The translations under genes and the position numbers were made by a program. Below the pieces are notes generated by a model that worked only from the letters and a program-made list of their open reading frames with translations, searched no databases and was not told where the DNA came from. Shown here piece after piece: positions 47,287 to 56,609 of a stretch of DNA of 64,000 nt; the first letter of the stretch is position 1, and every line of letters begins with the position of its first letter. Origin of the DNA: Acidobacteriota bacterium (GTDB lineage Bacteria > Acidobacteriota > Vicinamibacteria > Vicinamibacterales > UBA8438). The DNA is taken from contig VXRJ01000004.1 in the NCBI GenBank assembly GCA_009838525.1, positions 36,190 to 100,189 of the forward strand, written 5' to 3'.

Positions 47287-49026
47287 ATGACCGACGCCAT
47301 AGCCTGGTACGACGCCAACGCCGAAGTTGCGTCCGACCGCTACGAATCCGTGACTTTCGAGCGCGTCCACGGCTGGCTGGCCGACCTGCTTCCGAAGCCG
47401 CCCGCCGCCGTCCTCGATGTCGGCGCCGGCAGCGGCCGCGACGCCGCGCATCTCTCCCGCCTCGGCTACGACGTCGTCGCCGTCGAGCCCTCCGCCCGCA
47501 TGCGCGAACTGGCCCAGGCCCGTCACGACGCCCCCCGCATCACTTGGCGCGACGACCGCCTTCCGGCCCTCAAGGACACCTTCTCCACCGGGCTTTCCTT
47601 CGACGTCATCCTCGTCAGCGCCGTCTGGATGCATCTCGCCCCGACGGATCGCGCCCGCGCCTTCCGCAAGCTGATCACGCTCCTCAAGCCGGGCGGCCTG
47701 CTGGCCATTACCCTGCGCGAAGGCCCCGACGACGACGACCGGGGCTTCCACCCCGTCACCGTCGATGAACTCCGCCGCCTCGCGACCGACCACGGCGCGT
47801 ATGTGGAGCGCGAGTCGTCGAACGACGATCACATGGGGCGCGGTGATGTCCGCTGGAAACAGATCGCCGTTCGCCTCCCCGACGACGGGACGGACGCGCT
47901 GCCGCTGCTGCGCAACGTCATCCTCAACGACTCGAAGAGTTCGACTTACAAACTGGGTCTGCTCCGCGTCCTCTGCCGCATCGCCGACGGCGCGTTCGGC
48001 CTCGCGGAGGAACAGGGCGAGGACCATGTCGCGATCCCCATGGGGCTTGTTGCCCTCACCTGGATCCGGCTCTACAAGCCGCTGCTCGACGCCAGCATTC
48101 CGCAGAGCCCAGTCAACGAACATGGCGGCCACAAGCTCGGATTCGTCAGGTCGGCCGGCATCGAGCGGCTGGGTGTCTCGCACCACGATCTTCGCGTGGG
48201 TTCGCGTTTCTCCGGCGACGACCTTGCCGCCCTCCACCGGTCCCTGCTCGATGTCACGTCCAGCATCATCAGGATGCCGGTCCGCTACATGACCTATCCG
48301 AATAGCGACGACCCAGTCCTTCCCTTCCGCCACAAGGGCACCGCGAAGAGGCCTCCGCGTCCTGCCGACGGCAAACTGACCGCCGGCTACCTCGCGAGCT
48401 TCGGCGCCCTGCGGGTTCCGATGCACCTCTGGATGGCAATCCGGCGCCTGAGCGTCTGGATCGAACCGGCGATCATCGCCGAGTGGAAGTTGTTGATGCG
48501 AGCGTACGCCGCCCGCCAGGGACGCCAACTCGATGAGCAGAGGCTTGCCCAGGCCATGGCCTGGCTGGAACCGGAGCGAGACGTCCGGCTGGCCCGCGAA
48601 CAAGCGGACCGCCTGCTGAAGGCGGGGCCGCTCCATTGCGTCTGGACGGGCCGCCGGCTGACTCGCCGCAACCTCGACATCGACCACTGCTTCCCTTGGG
48701 CCATCTGGCCCTGCGGCGATCTGTGGAACTTGATGCCGGCGCACCGAAAGGTCAACCAGCGCGAGAAACGCAACCTCCTGCCCGGGGACCGAATCCTGCG
48801 GCAGGCCGAGGAACGCATCCTCACGTGGTGGAACGATGCCTACCGCGCACCGAACTCGGTCCTTGGCGACCGCTTCACCGTCGAAGCCGCCACGAGCCTC
48901 CCCGGCGTGTCGTCCAGCAGCGACCGCCTGGATGACTACTACGCCGGACTGGCCCTGCAGCGCGTGCGCCTCAAGCACGATCAGCAGGCGCCGGAATGGA
49001 CCGGCGAACGGTATCTCCGGAAGTAG
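47287..49026 (+). CDS. fusion protein: class I SAM-dependent methyltransferase + unknown (winged-helix-like?) middle region + C-terminal HNH endonuclease
   Basis: ATG 47287 inside ORF 47059..49026, 579 aa. MTase motif I VLDVGAGSGRD, then VVAVEPS. Middle region LLRNVILNDSKSSTYKLGLLRVLCRIAD. C-terminal DIDHCFPWAIWPCGDLWNLMPAHRKVNQREK is HNH/His-Me finger-like. Confidence 0.8.
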   Translation: MTDAIAWYDANAEVASDRYESVTFERVHGWLADLLPKPPAAVLDVGAGSGRDAAHLSRLGYDVVAVEPSARMRELAQARHDAPRITWRDDRLPALKDTFSTGLSFDVILVSAVWMHLAPTDRARAFRKLITLLKPGGLLAITLREGPDDDDRGFHPVTVDELRRLATDHGAYVERESSNDDHMGRGDVRWKQIAVRLPDDGTDALPLLRNVILNDSKSSTYKLGLLRVLCRIADGAFGLAEEQGEDHVAIPMGLVALTWIRLYKPLLDASIPQSPVNEHGGHKLGFVRSAGIERLGVSHHDLRVGSRFSGDDLAALHRSLLDVTSSIIRMPVRYMTYPNSDDPVLPFRHKGTAKRPPRPADGKLTAGYLASFGALRVPMHLWMAIRRLSVWIEPAIIAEWKLLMRAYAARQGRQLDEQRLAQAMAWLEPERDVRLAREQADRLLKAGPLHCVWTGRRLTRRNLDIDHCFPWAIWPCGDLWNLMPAHRKVNQREKRNLLPGDRILRQAEERILTWWNDAYRAPNSVLGDRFTVEAATSLPGVSSSSDRLDDYYAGLALQRVRLKHDQQAPEWTGERYLRK

Positions 49027-49047
49027 CGGGCGGCCGCGGAGCCGTCG

Positions 49048-49353
49048 CTACGCCGACGCGCTCGGACGCCGGTCGGCAAGCAAAGCGTCGTCGAGGAGGA
49101 TCGGAACCGCGGCGCCTGACTCCATCAGCCGCCGGCGCTCGTTCTCGTCGGTTGCCCGCTCGAGGACGGCCGAGAGGGCCTCTGCCGCCTGGTCGAGTGA
49201 GTTGATTGCTTCCTGCGCCTGGTCGGCGCTCTCATTCGCGTCGCTCGCGACGGAATCAGCGTAGTGCTTTGCTTCCTTGGCAAGATTGCGAGCCTCCGTG
49301 ATCGCCTCGTGCCAACGATCGAGCAACCTGGTGTTGATGATGACGTATGCCAT
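49048..49353 (-). CDS. small hypothetical protein (predicted helical/coiled-coil)
   Basis: ATG 49353 preceded by GGGAGG-N6, 101 aa: MAYVIINTRLLDRWHEAITEARNLAKEAKHYADSVASD... No family recognised. Convergent with the MTase-HNH gene. Confidence 0.55.
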   Translation of the reverse strand: MAYVIINTRLLDRWHEAITEARNLAKEAKHYADSVASDANESADQAQEAINSLDQAAEALSAVLERATDENERRRLMESGAAVPILLDDALLADRRPSASA

Positions 49354-49821
49354 GTCGTCGCCTCCCGGGTGATGAACCGCGGGCATCGCGGTTCCTAACC
49401 ACGTCATCTCCATATCGTCGTGCTCCCCTGGGCGGACGGCGGCGGAGGCGTCCCGCCGTCAACTGGCGGCGATGCTAGCAGGTTTGGAGAATCGACCAGT
49501 TCGTGGGGAAACAAGCGAAGTTGTTCGGGTTCCCTACGTTAGGCACCGGCGCCGCCACGGCGACACCGGTTCCAACCCTGAGAACATGGATCCATGCGTA
49601 TTAAGTGCGACCCGCCGTACCTTTAACATGCAGGCTCGGGCATCTGGCACCATGTTAATGCTATGGGTCCAATTATTGATATACACATACTGCCGGCTGG
49701 AAACGCCTCACTGAAATGGATTCAGAAGGAACCAACGACCGGGGAACTGGCAAACGTAGGCGCCAATGCCCGGCGCCGTGATGGCCTGATCGAAGTGGGA
49801 CTCGCGCTACAGTCGTCTCCG

Positions 49822-50421
49822 ATGAGTGTCGCCGAAGTCGTCATCGGAGCCGCCGACCACTACGCCCGGGCCGAACTGGTCACGCTCGCGCTGGAAGACG
49901 GCGCGCCCGTTTTCCTGGATCGGCGGCGCGTCGCCCTAGTCGGCAAGGACTTCCCTATCGCGCCCTACCACCACGAGGCGCTGGAGATGGACCTCGAAGC
50001 GGCCGCGGACCTTGTGAACCGGGTGAGACGATCCGTGGCGGAACACGCGAGAGCGGCGATCTCGACCATGCTCGCGGCCTATCGCGCCCAGGTGCTGATC
50101 CTGCCCGCGAGCCCGTATGACCGCCTGCCCGACTCGCTGGAGGAGGTGCTCAGCTCGCGTCCCCTGACCCTTGCCGCGGACGGGATGCTCTACCGCGAGT
50201 TTCTCGCCGAAGCTGCGGCGGGACTCGGCATGGAGGTCCGCAGGTTCCCGCGCAGGAGCGATCCGATCGTACTGGCCGCCGAGGCAATCGGCGTCGACGT
50301 AGCGTCGGTCACCTCACTGATCGCCCGGTTCGGCCGGGAGGCGGGAGCGCCCTGGCGCAAAGACCACAAGCTGGCGGCCGCCGCGGCCCTCAGCGTCCTC
50401 GGGCGTCGGATTCACCACTGA
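49822..50421 (+). CDS. hypothetical protein
   Basis: Third-position GC becomes high only from about 49800, so ATG 49822 is preferred over the track start 49663. 199 aa: MSVAEVVIGAADHYARAELV... No family recognised. Confidence 0.55.
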   Translation: MSVAEVVIGAADHYARAELVTLALEDGAPVFLDRRRVALVGKDFPIAPYHHEALEMDLEAAADLVNRVRRSVAEHARAAISTMLAAYRAQVLILPASPYDRLPDSLEEVLSSRPLTLAADGMLYREFLAEAAAGLGMEVRRFPRRSDPIVLAAEAIGVDVASVTSLIARFGREAGAPWRKDHKLAAAAALSVLGRRIHH

Positions 50422-50549
50422 GGCTGGTCGCGCGACGCGGCTCGTCGAATAGCGTCGAAAAGCGTTCCTTTGCGTCGAAAACGGGCTTGATCTTGCACTC
50501 GTTCGTCGAAAAAGCGCCACACCTCGGACGTCGGAGACCCAAGCCATAC

Positions 50550-51158
50550 TCACACTGGAGCTGATCGAGAACGACCGGCCGACTGGACCCAACCTTGTTC
50601 CGACAGCACACGGAGAGCAAGCTCGATCTGCCGCCGTGAGAACTGCTTCTTCCTCTCGTTCCACCCGTACGTGAGCCTGACGATTTCGTCCGGTCTCGCG
50701 GCGGACGCCTCGCTTGCTGCCACCCAGTGGACCGAAGTCAGCAACTCCAGACCGAACGAAGACTCGAATCCGTCAACGAGATCGAACACCCGGTCAAGGC
50801 GAGCCTGCGTCGCGGTGTTGTTGGCGAGAAACGCGCGAGCCTCCTCCAGGGCACCCGGTACAAGCTGCAATTGCCTGTCGGGTGCATCGCCACCCGCCGC
50901 GTAGCCGGACACGAAGTGGCCCTCAATGGCGTTCAGAACGGGCCGGAGATTCTCAGCGTACGGTCCGTCAGGCCCCTTCCGGAAGTTCAGCCTCAATGGC
51001 TCGCCCGCGACCTGCATGAAGTACAGGAGCTTGCGGGCTTCTCGGAAGGTGACGAACGGGTCCAGCAAGGCAAAGAGGAAACGATCCAGCAGGCAGACCA
51101 AAGCTGCTCGGCCGGCTGTCATCGGCGGGGCATCGTGCGACTCGTGAATCCGCACCAC
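50550..51158 (-). CDS. stand-alone antitoxin-like protein (DarG C-terminal/Panacea-DUF4065-like), no toxin partner seen
   Basis: 202 aa. ARKLLYFMQVAGEPLRLNFRKGPDGPYAENLRPVLNAIEGHFVSG...GFESSFGLELLTSVHWVA resembles, from memory, the non-macro C-terminal half of DarG-type antitoxins. Start is GTG 51158 or ATG 51122. Confidence 0.6.
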   Translation of the reverse strand: MVRIHESHDAPPMTAGRAALVCLLDRFLFALLDPFVTFREARKLLYFMQVAGEPLRLNFRKGPDGPYAENLRPVLNAIEGHFVSGYAAGGDAPDRQLQLVPGALEEARAFLANNTATQARLDRVFDLVDGFESSFGLELLTSVHWVAASEASAARPDEIVRLTYGWNERKKQFSRRQIELALRVLSEQGWVQSAGRSRSAPV

Positions 51159-51206
51159 GGTCAGAGGATCTAAGCCCCCGCCTTGACCCGCAGCTCCCCC
51201 AATTCG

Positions 51207-52553
51207 TCAGTTCACGATCGCCTGGTAGACCCAGTTGCGGCTGAGCCCATGCGTTAGCTGCTGGTTCGGACCCTGGTGCTGCAGCATGCCGACGAAGACG
51301 AGGTCGTGGGCGGGGTCGATCCAGAACCAGGTGCCGTCGATGCCGAGCCAGTAGTAGGTGCCGGCGCCATGCGGCTCCCCGGCTGCGGCGGGGTCCTCGT
51401 AGATCATGACGTCCATGCCGAAGCCCATGCCGGCGCGCATGTTCTCGGTCGCCTCGGCCGACATGTGGTTGGTGCGGATCATCTCCACCGTGCGCGGCGC
51501 GAGCAGGCGCTGGCCGTCGAACTCGCCGCCGTTCAGCAGCATCTGCGCGAAGCGGATGTAGTCGTCGGCGGTGCCGAAGAGTCCGCCGCCGCCCGACGGG
51601 CCGGGCGGGTTGGACGTGAACGGATCGCCGCGTGAATCGAGCACTAGGTCGCCGCCGTCGTCGATCGTGTGGCGCAACGCGATGCGATCGACATTCGCGG
51701 CCGGGACGTAGAACTTCGTGTCGACCATGCCGAGCGGGTCGAAGATGCGTTCCTGCAGGAACTCCTCGAAGGGCTGGCCCGACAGCTTCTCGACGATGTA
51801 GCCGCGCACGTCGACGGCGACGCTGTAGATCCAGCGCTGGCCCGGCTGCGCCAGCAGCGGGATGCCGGCCAGCTTGTCGATCATCACCTGGAGCTCTTCC
51901 GTCGGGTTGAGGACGCGCTGCTCCAGAAACAGTTGGTTGACCGGGTGTCGCGGGTTGAGCACGTAGCCGAGGCCGGCGGTGTGCGTCATCAGCTCGCGCA
52001 TGGTGATCGGGTGGTCCGGATCCTCCAGCCGCATGGAGCCGTCCGGGTTGTCGCCGGCGTACACCTTCAGGTCGGCGAACTCCGGGATGTACCGCTCGAC
52101 CGGGTCGTTCAGCCGCCACTTCCCTTCCTCGTAGAGCATCATCATCGCCACGCCGGTAATCGGCTTGGTCATGGAGAAGATGCGGAAGATGGAGTCGCGC
52201 GTCATCGGGCCGCCGGTGTCGACGTTCCTGACGCCGGCGACGTCCGCGAAGGCGATCTTGCCGTGACGGGCGACCAGGGCGACGACGCCGGCGATCCGGC
52301 CATCGTCCACCAGTCCCTGCAGGCCGGCGTCGAGACGTTCGAGGCGCTCGGCGGAGAGGCCGACGTCCGCCGGATCGACGGTGTCGAGATCGGCCTCCGC
52401 GAACGCGACTGCCTCGCCCGGCGCCGCAATCGCGCCGGGCGTGGTCGCCTCGTACGCCTCGCCAAGGAAGAGGGCGCCGATGCCGAGCGTGGCGGCGAGC
52501 GCGCCGACGATGAAGAACGACGCCAGGAACGAGCGCGGCTGATCGGACTGCAT
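51207..52553 (-). CDS. beta-lactamase-family serine hydrolase, paralog 2
   Basis: ATG 52553 preceded by GGAGGG, inside ORF 51207..53030. TM/signal anchor and SxxK block IFSMTKPITG. 448 aa. Confidence 0.88.
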   Translation of the reverse strand: MQSDQPRSFLASFFIVGALAATLGIGALFLGEAYEATTPGAIAAPGEAVAFAEADLDTVDPADVGLSAERLERLDAGLQGLVDDGRIAGVVALVARHGKIAFADVAGVRNVDTGGPMTRDSIFRIFSMTKPITGVAMMMLYEEGKWRLNDPVERYIPEFADLKVYAGDNPDGSMRLEDPDHPITMRELMTHTAGLGYVLNPRHPVNQLFLEQRVLNPTEELQVMIDKLAGIPLLAQPGQRWIYSVAVDVRGYIVEKLSGQPFEEFLQERIFDPLGMVDTKFYVPAANVDRIALRHTIDDGGDLVLDSRGDPFTSNPPGPSGGGGLFGTADDYIRFAQMLLNGGEFDGQRLLAPRTVEMIRTNHMSAEATENMRAGMGFGMDVMIYEDPAAAGEPHGAGTYYWLGIDGTWFWIDPAHDLVFVGMLQHQGPNQQLTHGLSRNWVYQAIVN

Positions 52554-52635
52554 GAGGCCCTCCTGTGTGCGCCCGCGCGCCTCCCCGGGGCCGTCGCAGG
52601 CAGCGGCTAGCGTACTACGCCCAGTCTGCTTCTTC

Positions 52636-54342
<1,707 letters not shown>

Positions 54343-54366
54343 GATGTTGGTCCTGGCGCGGCCGGG

Positions 54367-56100
54367 CTAAGGCGAGCCCGGATTGGTCGCGGCCGGGCGT
54401 GTCGCCGCCAGGTTGGCTGCCGTGGCGGCGGTCAGAGCGCGATCAATTCTAGCGAGACAGACGTCGCGGCCGAGGATCGCCATCGCGTCGAAGAGGCCGA
54501 AGCCGACCGGCTTGCCGGTGACGCCGACCCGGACGGCGTGGATGATGGCGCCGATCCGGACGCCTTCCGATTCGACGAAACGGTGCAGGGCGGCTTCGAC
54601 GGTGGCGGCGTCGAAGGGGTCGACGTCAGCCAGCGCGGACCGGAAGCGGCCGAGCCGGCCGGCGGCGCCGGGCGCGCCGACGCGCTTGCCGAACGCCTTG
54701 GCGTCGTAGGGGAAGGCGTCGTCAGCAACGAAGAATTCGGTGTAGTTGACGATGTCGCCGGCCACCTTGAGGCGGTCGGCGGCAGCGGTGACGACGGCGC
54801 CGAGCTTGCCGGGGTCTGCGGGTGCCGGCGTGGACGCCGGCGGACCGGGTGCCGGCCTGGAGGCCGGCGGATCACCCGGCGGACCATGTGCCGGCGTGGA
54901 CGCCGGCGGACCGGCAGACGCACCGGCCTGCGCACCAAGGGCGGCGGCGAGGTAGGGGCGCACCAGCTCGACCTTCTCGTCCAGGGGCAGTCGCGCCATG
55001 CGGCGCTCCTGGAACGCCAGCAGCTTCTGCGGATCGAAGCTGGCCGCCGACTTGTTGACGCGCTCGAGCGAGAAGTTCGCAATCATCGCGTCGCGCGAGA
55101 AGTCCTCGGTGTGGTCGTCGAGCGACCAGCCGACGAGCAGCAGGTAGTTGAGGAGCGCGTCCGGGAGATAGCCGACCGACCGGTAAAACCGGACCATCAC
55201 CGGGTTGAAGGCGTCGTCGTCCGTCGTCTCGCCCAACGCCGCCATGATGCCCGCCGCGTGCTCGTACGCCTTCCGGAAGTCATCCTGCTTCAGGTACTTG
55301 CCCAGCTTCCGCTTGCTGAGCTTCTCGCTGCCGCCCGGCGCCGCCACGTACGGCACGTGCGCATAGCGCGGCAGGTCGTAGCCGAGCGACTGCATGATGA
55401 AGATCTGCCGCGGCGTGTTCGACAGGTGCTCCTCGGCCCGGATGACGTGCGTGATGTCGAAGTCGTGGTCGTCCACCGCGCTCGCCAGGTGATAGAGGGG
55501 CGTGCCGTCGGCCCGCTGAATCACGTGGTCCTGCTCCAGCGCCCAGTCGAACGCGACGGGGCCGCGCACCAGGTCGTCGAACGCGCAGGCGCCCTCGCGC
55601 GGCATCTTCAGGCGGACGACGGCCGTGCGGCCTTCCGACTCGAAGCGCGCCGCGTCGGCGTCCGTCTCCGCCATCCACCGGCGGCTGTAGATGAAGCGCT
55701 GCTTGGCCCGCTGCGCCGCCTCGCGCTCCGCCGCCGTCTCGTCCGCCGTCGCGTAGTCCCGGTAGGCGCAGCCGCACGCGAGCAGCGCGTCGACTGCGGC
55801 ACGGTGGCGATCGCCCCGCTCCGACTGGAAGTACGGCGCGCACCGACCGCCCACCTCCGGCCCCTCGTCCCAGTCGATGCCGAGCCACCGGAAACCGTCC
55901 AGGATCGGCTCCAGCGCCTCGGCGACGTTGCGCTCGCGGTCGGTGTCGTCGATCCGGAGGATGAACTGCCCGCCGTGGCGTCGCGCGAAGAGCCAGTTGA
56001 ACAGCGCCGTCCGCACCCCGCCGATGTGCAGGTAGCCGGTCGGGCTCGGTGCAAACCGCGTTCGGATCTCTACTGTGCGCCCTTCGCCTCCGCTATCCAA
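54367..56100 (-). CDS. gltX: glutamate--tRNA ligase (with Pro/Ala-rich insert)
   Basis: [14 protein letters not shown] (HIGH) and KLSKRK. 577 aa if TTG 56100 is the start; this overlaps the upstream gene by 31 nt. Contains a ~35-aa insert encoded by three hairpin-repeat copies. Confidence 0.9.
   Translation of the reverse strand: MDSGGEGRTVEIRTRFAPSPTGYLHIGGVRTALFNWLFARRHGGQFILRIDDTDRERNVAEALEPILDGFRWLGIDWDEGPEVGGRCAPYFQSERGDRHRAAVDALLACGCAYRDYATADETAAEREAAQRAKQRFIYSRRWMAETDADAARFESEGRTAVVRLKMPREGACAFDDLVRGPVAFDWALEQDHVIQRADGTPLYHLASAVDDHDFDITHVIRAEEHLSNTPRQIFIMQSLGYDLPRYAHVPYVAAPGGSEKLSKRKLGKYLKQDDFRKAYEHAAGIMAALGETTDDDAFNPVMVRFYRSVGYLPDALLNYLLLVGWSLDDHTEDFSRDAMIANFSLERVNKSAASFDPQKLLAFQERRMARLPLDEKVELVRPYLAAALGAQAGASAGPPASTPAHGPPGDPPASRPAPGPPASTPAPADPGKLGAVVTAAADRLKVAGDIVNYTEFFVADDAFPYDAKAFGKRVGAPGAAGRLGRFRSALADVDPFDAATVEAALHRFVESEGVRIGAIIHAVRVGVTGKPVGFGLFDAMAILGRDVCLARIDRALTAATAANLAATRPAATNPGSP
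54821..54936 (+). repeat. three tandem REP/RPE-like hairpin repeat copies lying in frame inside gltX
   Basis: GTGCCGGCGTGGACGCCGGCGGACC, then GTGCCGGCCTGGAGGCCGGCGGATC, then GTGCCGGCGTGGACGCCGGCGGACC, plus a degenerate tail. Translated on the minus strand this gives [31 protein letters not shown]. Confidence 0.8.
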
Positions 56101-56609
56101 TCTTTGACCTTCCTAACCGCCTCCGTTGCGGCAACATCGGCAATGTGCGGCTTATATAGCGTCAGTCTTCCCACTTGGTCTCGTTCGGCTACCGTTGGCT
56201 CACTCTTAACCACGTGAAGAGCCGTAGCATATCGTTCCAAATCTGCCGCGCCCTTGTTGTCGACCCTCTCAGCGACGAACTCCAGGCTGGCTTCGTGCGC
56301 TTCCAAAGTCCTGGAAAATCGGCTGTGAAAGCACTGCGTCCGGTCCGTGGTTTCAAACCTCGAACCCAAGCGGGCGCCGGAAGCCAACTGGACAAGCCCG
56401 TCGGCCCGCAGGCTCGTCAGCTCATCCCTGAGGTCGAACGAGTATGGGCCGTACTTGTAAAGTACAAAGTCGAAACCCAGATGCACACTCTTCAACTCCT
56501 GGAGAAAATATACTGCCTTCTGAATATGGGTCTCTCCGCACCGACTTCCCCGAGTCTGCAGCGCATCCATCAGCTTCGTGAGTACAGCCGCCCTCGCCAG
56601 TCTATTCAT
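56070..56609 (-). CDS. YwgA/Panacea-like small protein partnered with the HD phosphohydrolase
   Basis: ATG 56609 overlaps the HD gene stop (ATGAATAG), 179 aa. [38 protein letters not shown]. Low G+C like the HD gene. The last ~10 codons run into GC-rich gltX sequence. Confidence 0.7.
   Translation of the reverse strand: MNRLARAAVLTKLMDALQTRGSRCGETHIQKAVYFLQELKSVHLGFDFVLYKYGPYSFDLRDELTSLRADGLVQLASGARLGSRFETTDRTQCFHSRFSRTLEAHEASLEFVAERVDNKGAADLERYATALHVVKSEPTVAERDQVGRLTLYKPHIADVAATEAVRKVKDWIAEAKGAQ

Noticed and set aside
49472-49714. 80-aa ORF in the island's long intergenic region, and the extended 49663 start of the following gene.
   Set aside because: The product looks non-protein-like and there is no RBS. 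Third-position GC is low (~55% hand-counted for 49663-49821), compared with ~80% just downstream of 49822.
47222-51206. Classical mobile element (prophage, ICE or transposon) as the explanation for the island.
   Set aside because: I found no integrase, transposase, tRNA target or flanking direct repeats. The sequences at the two borders are unrelated.
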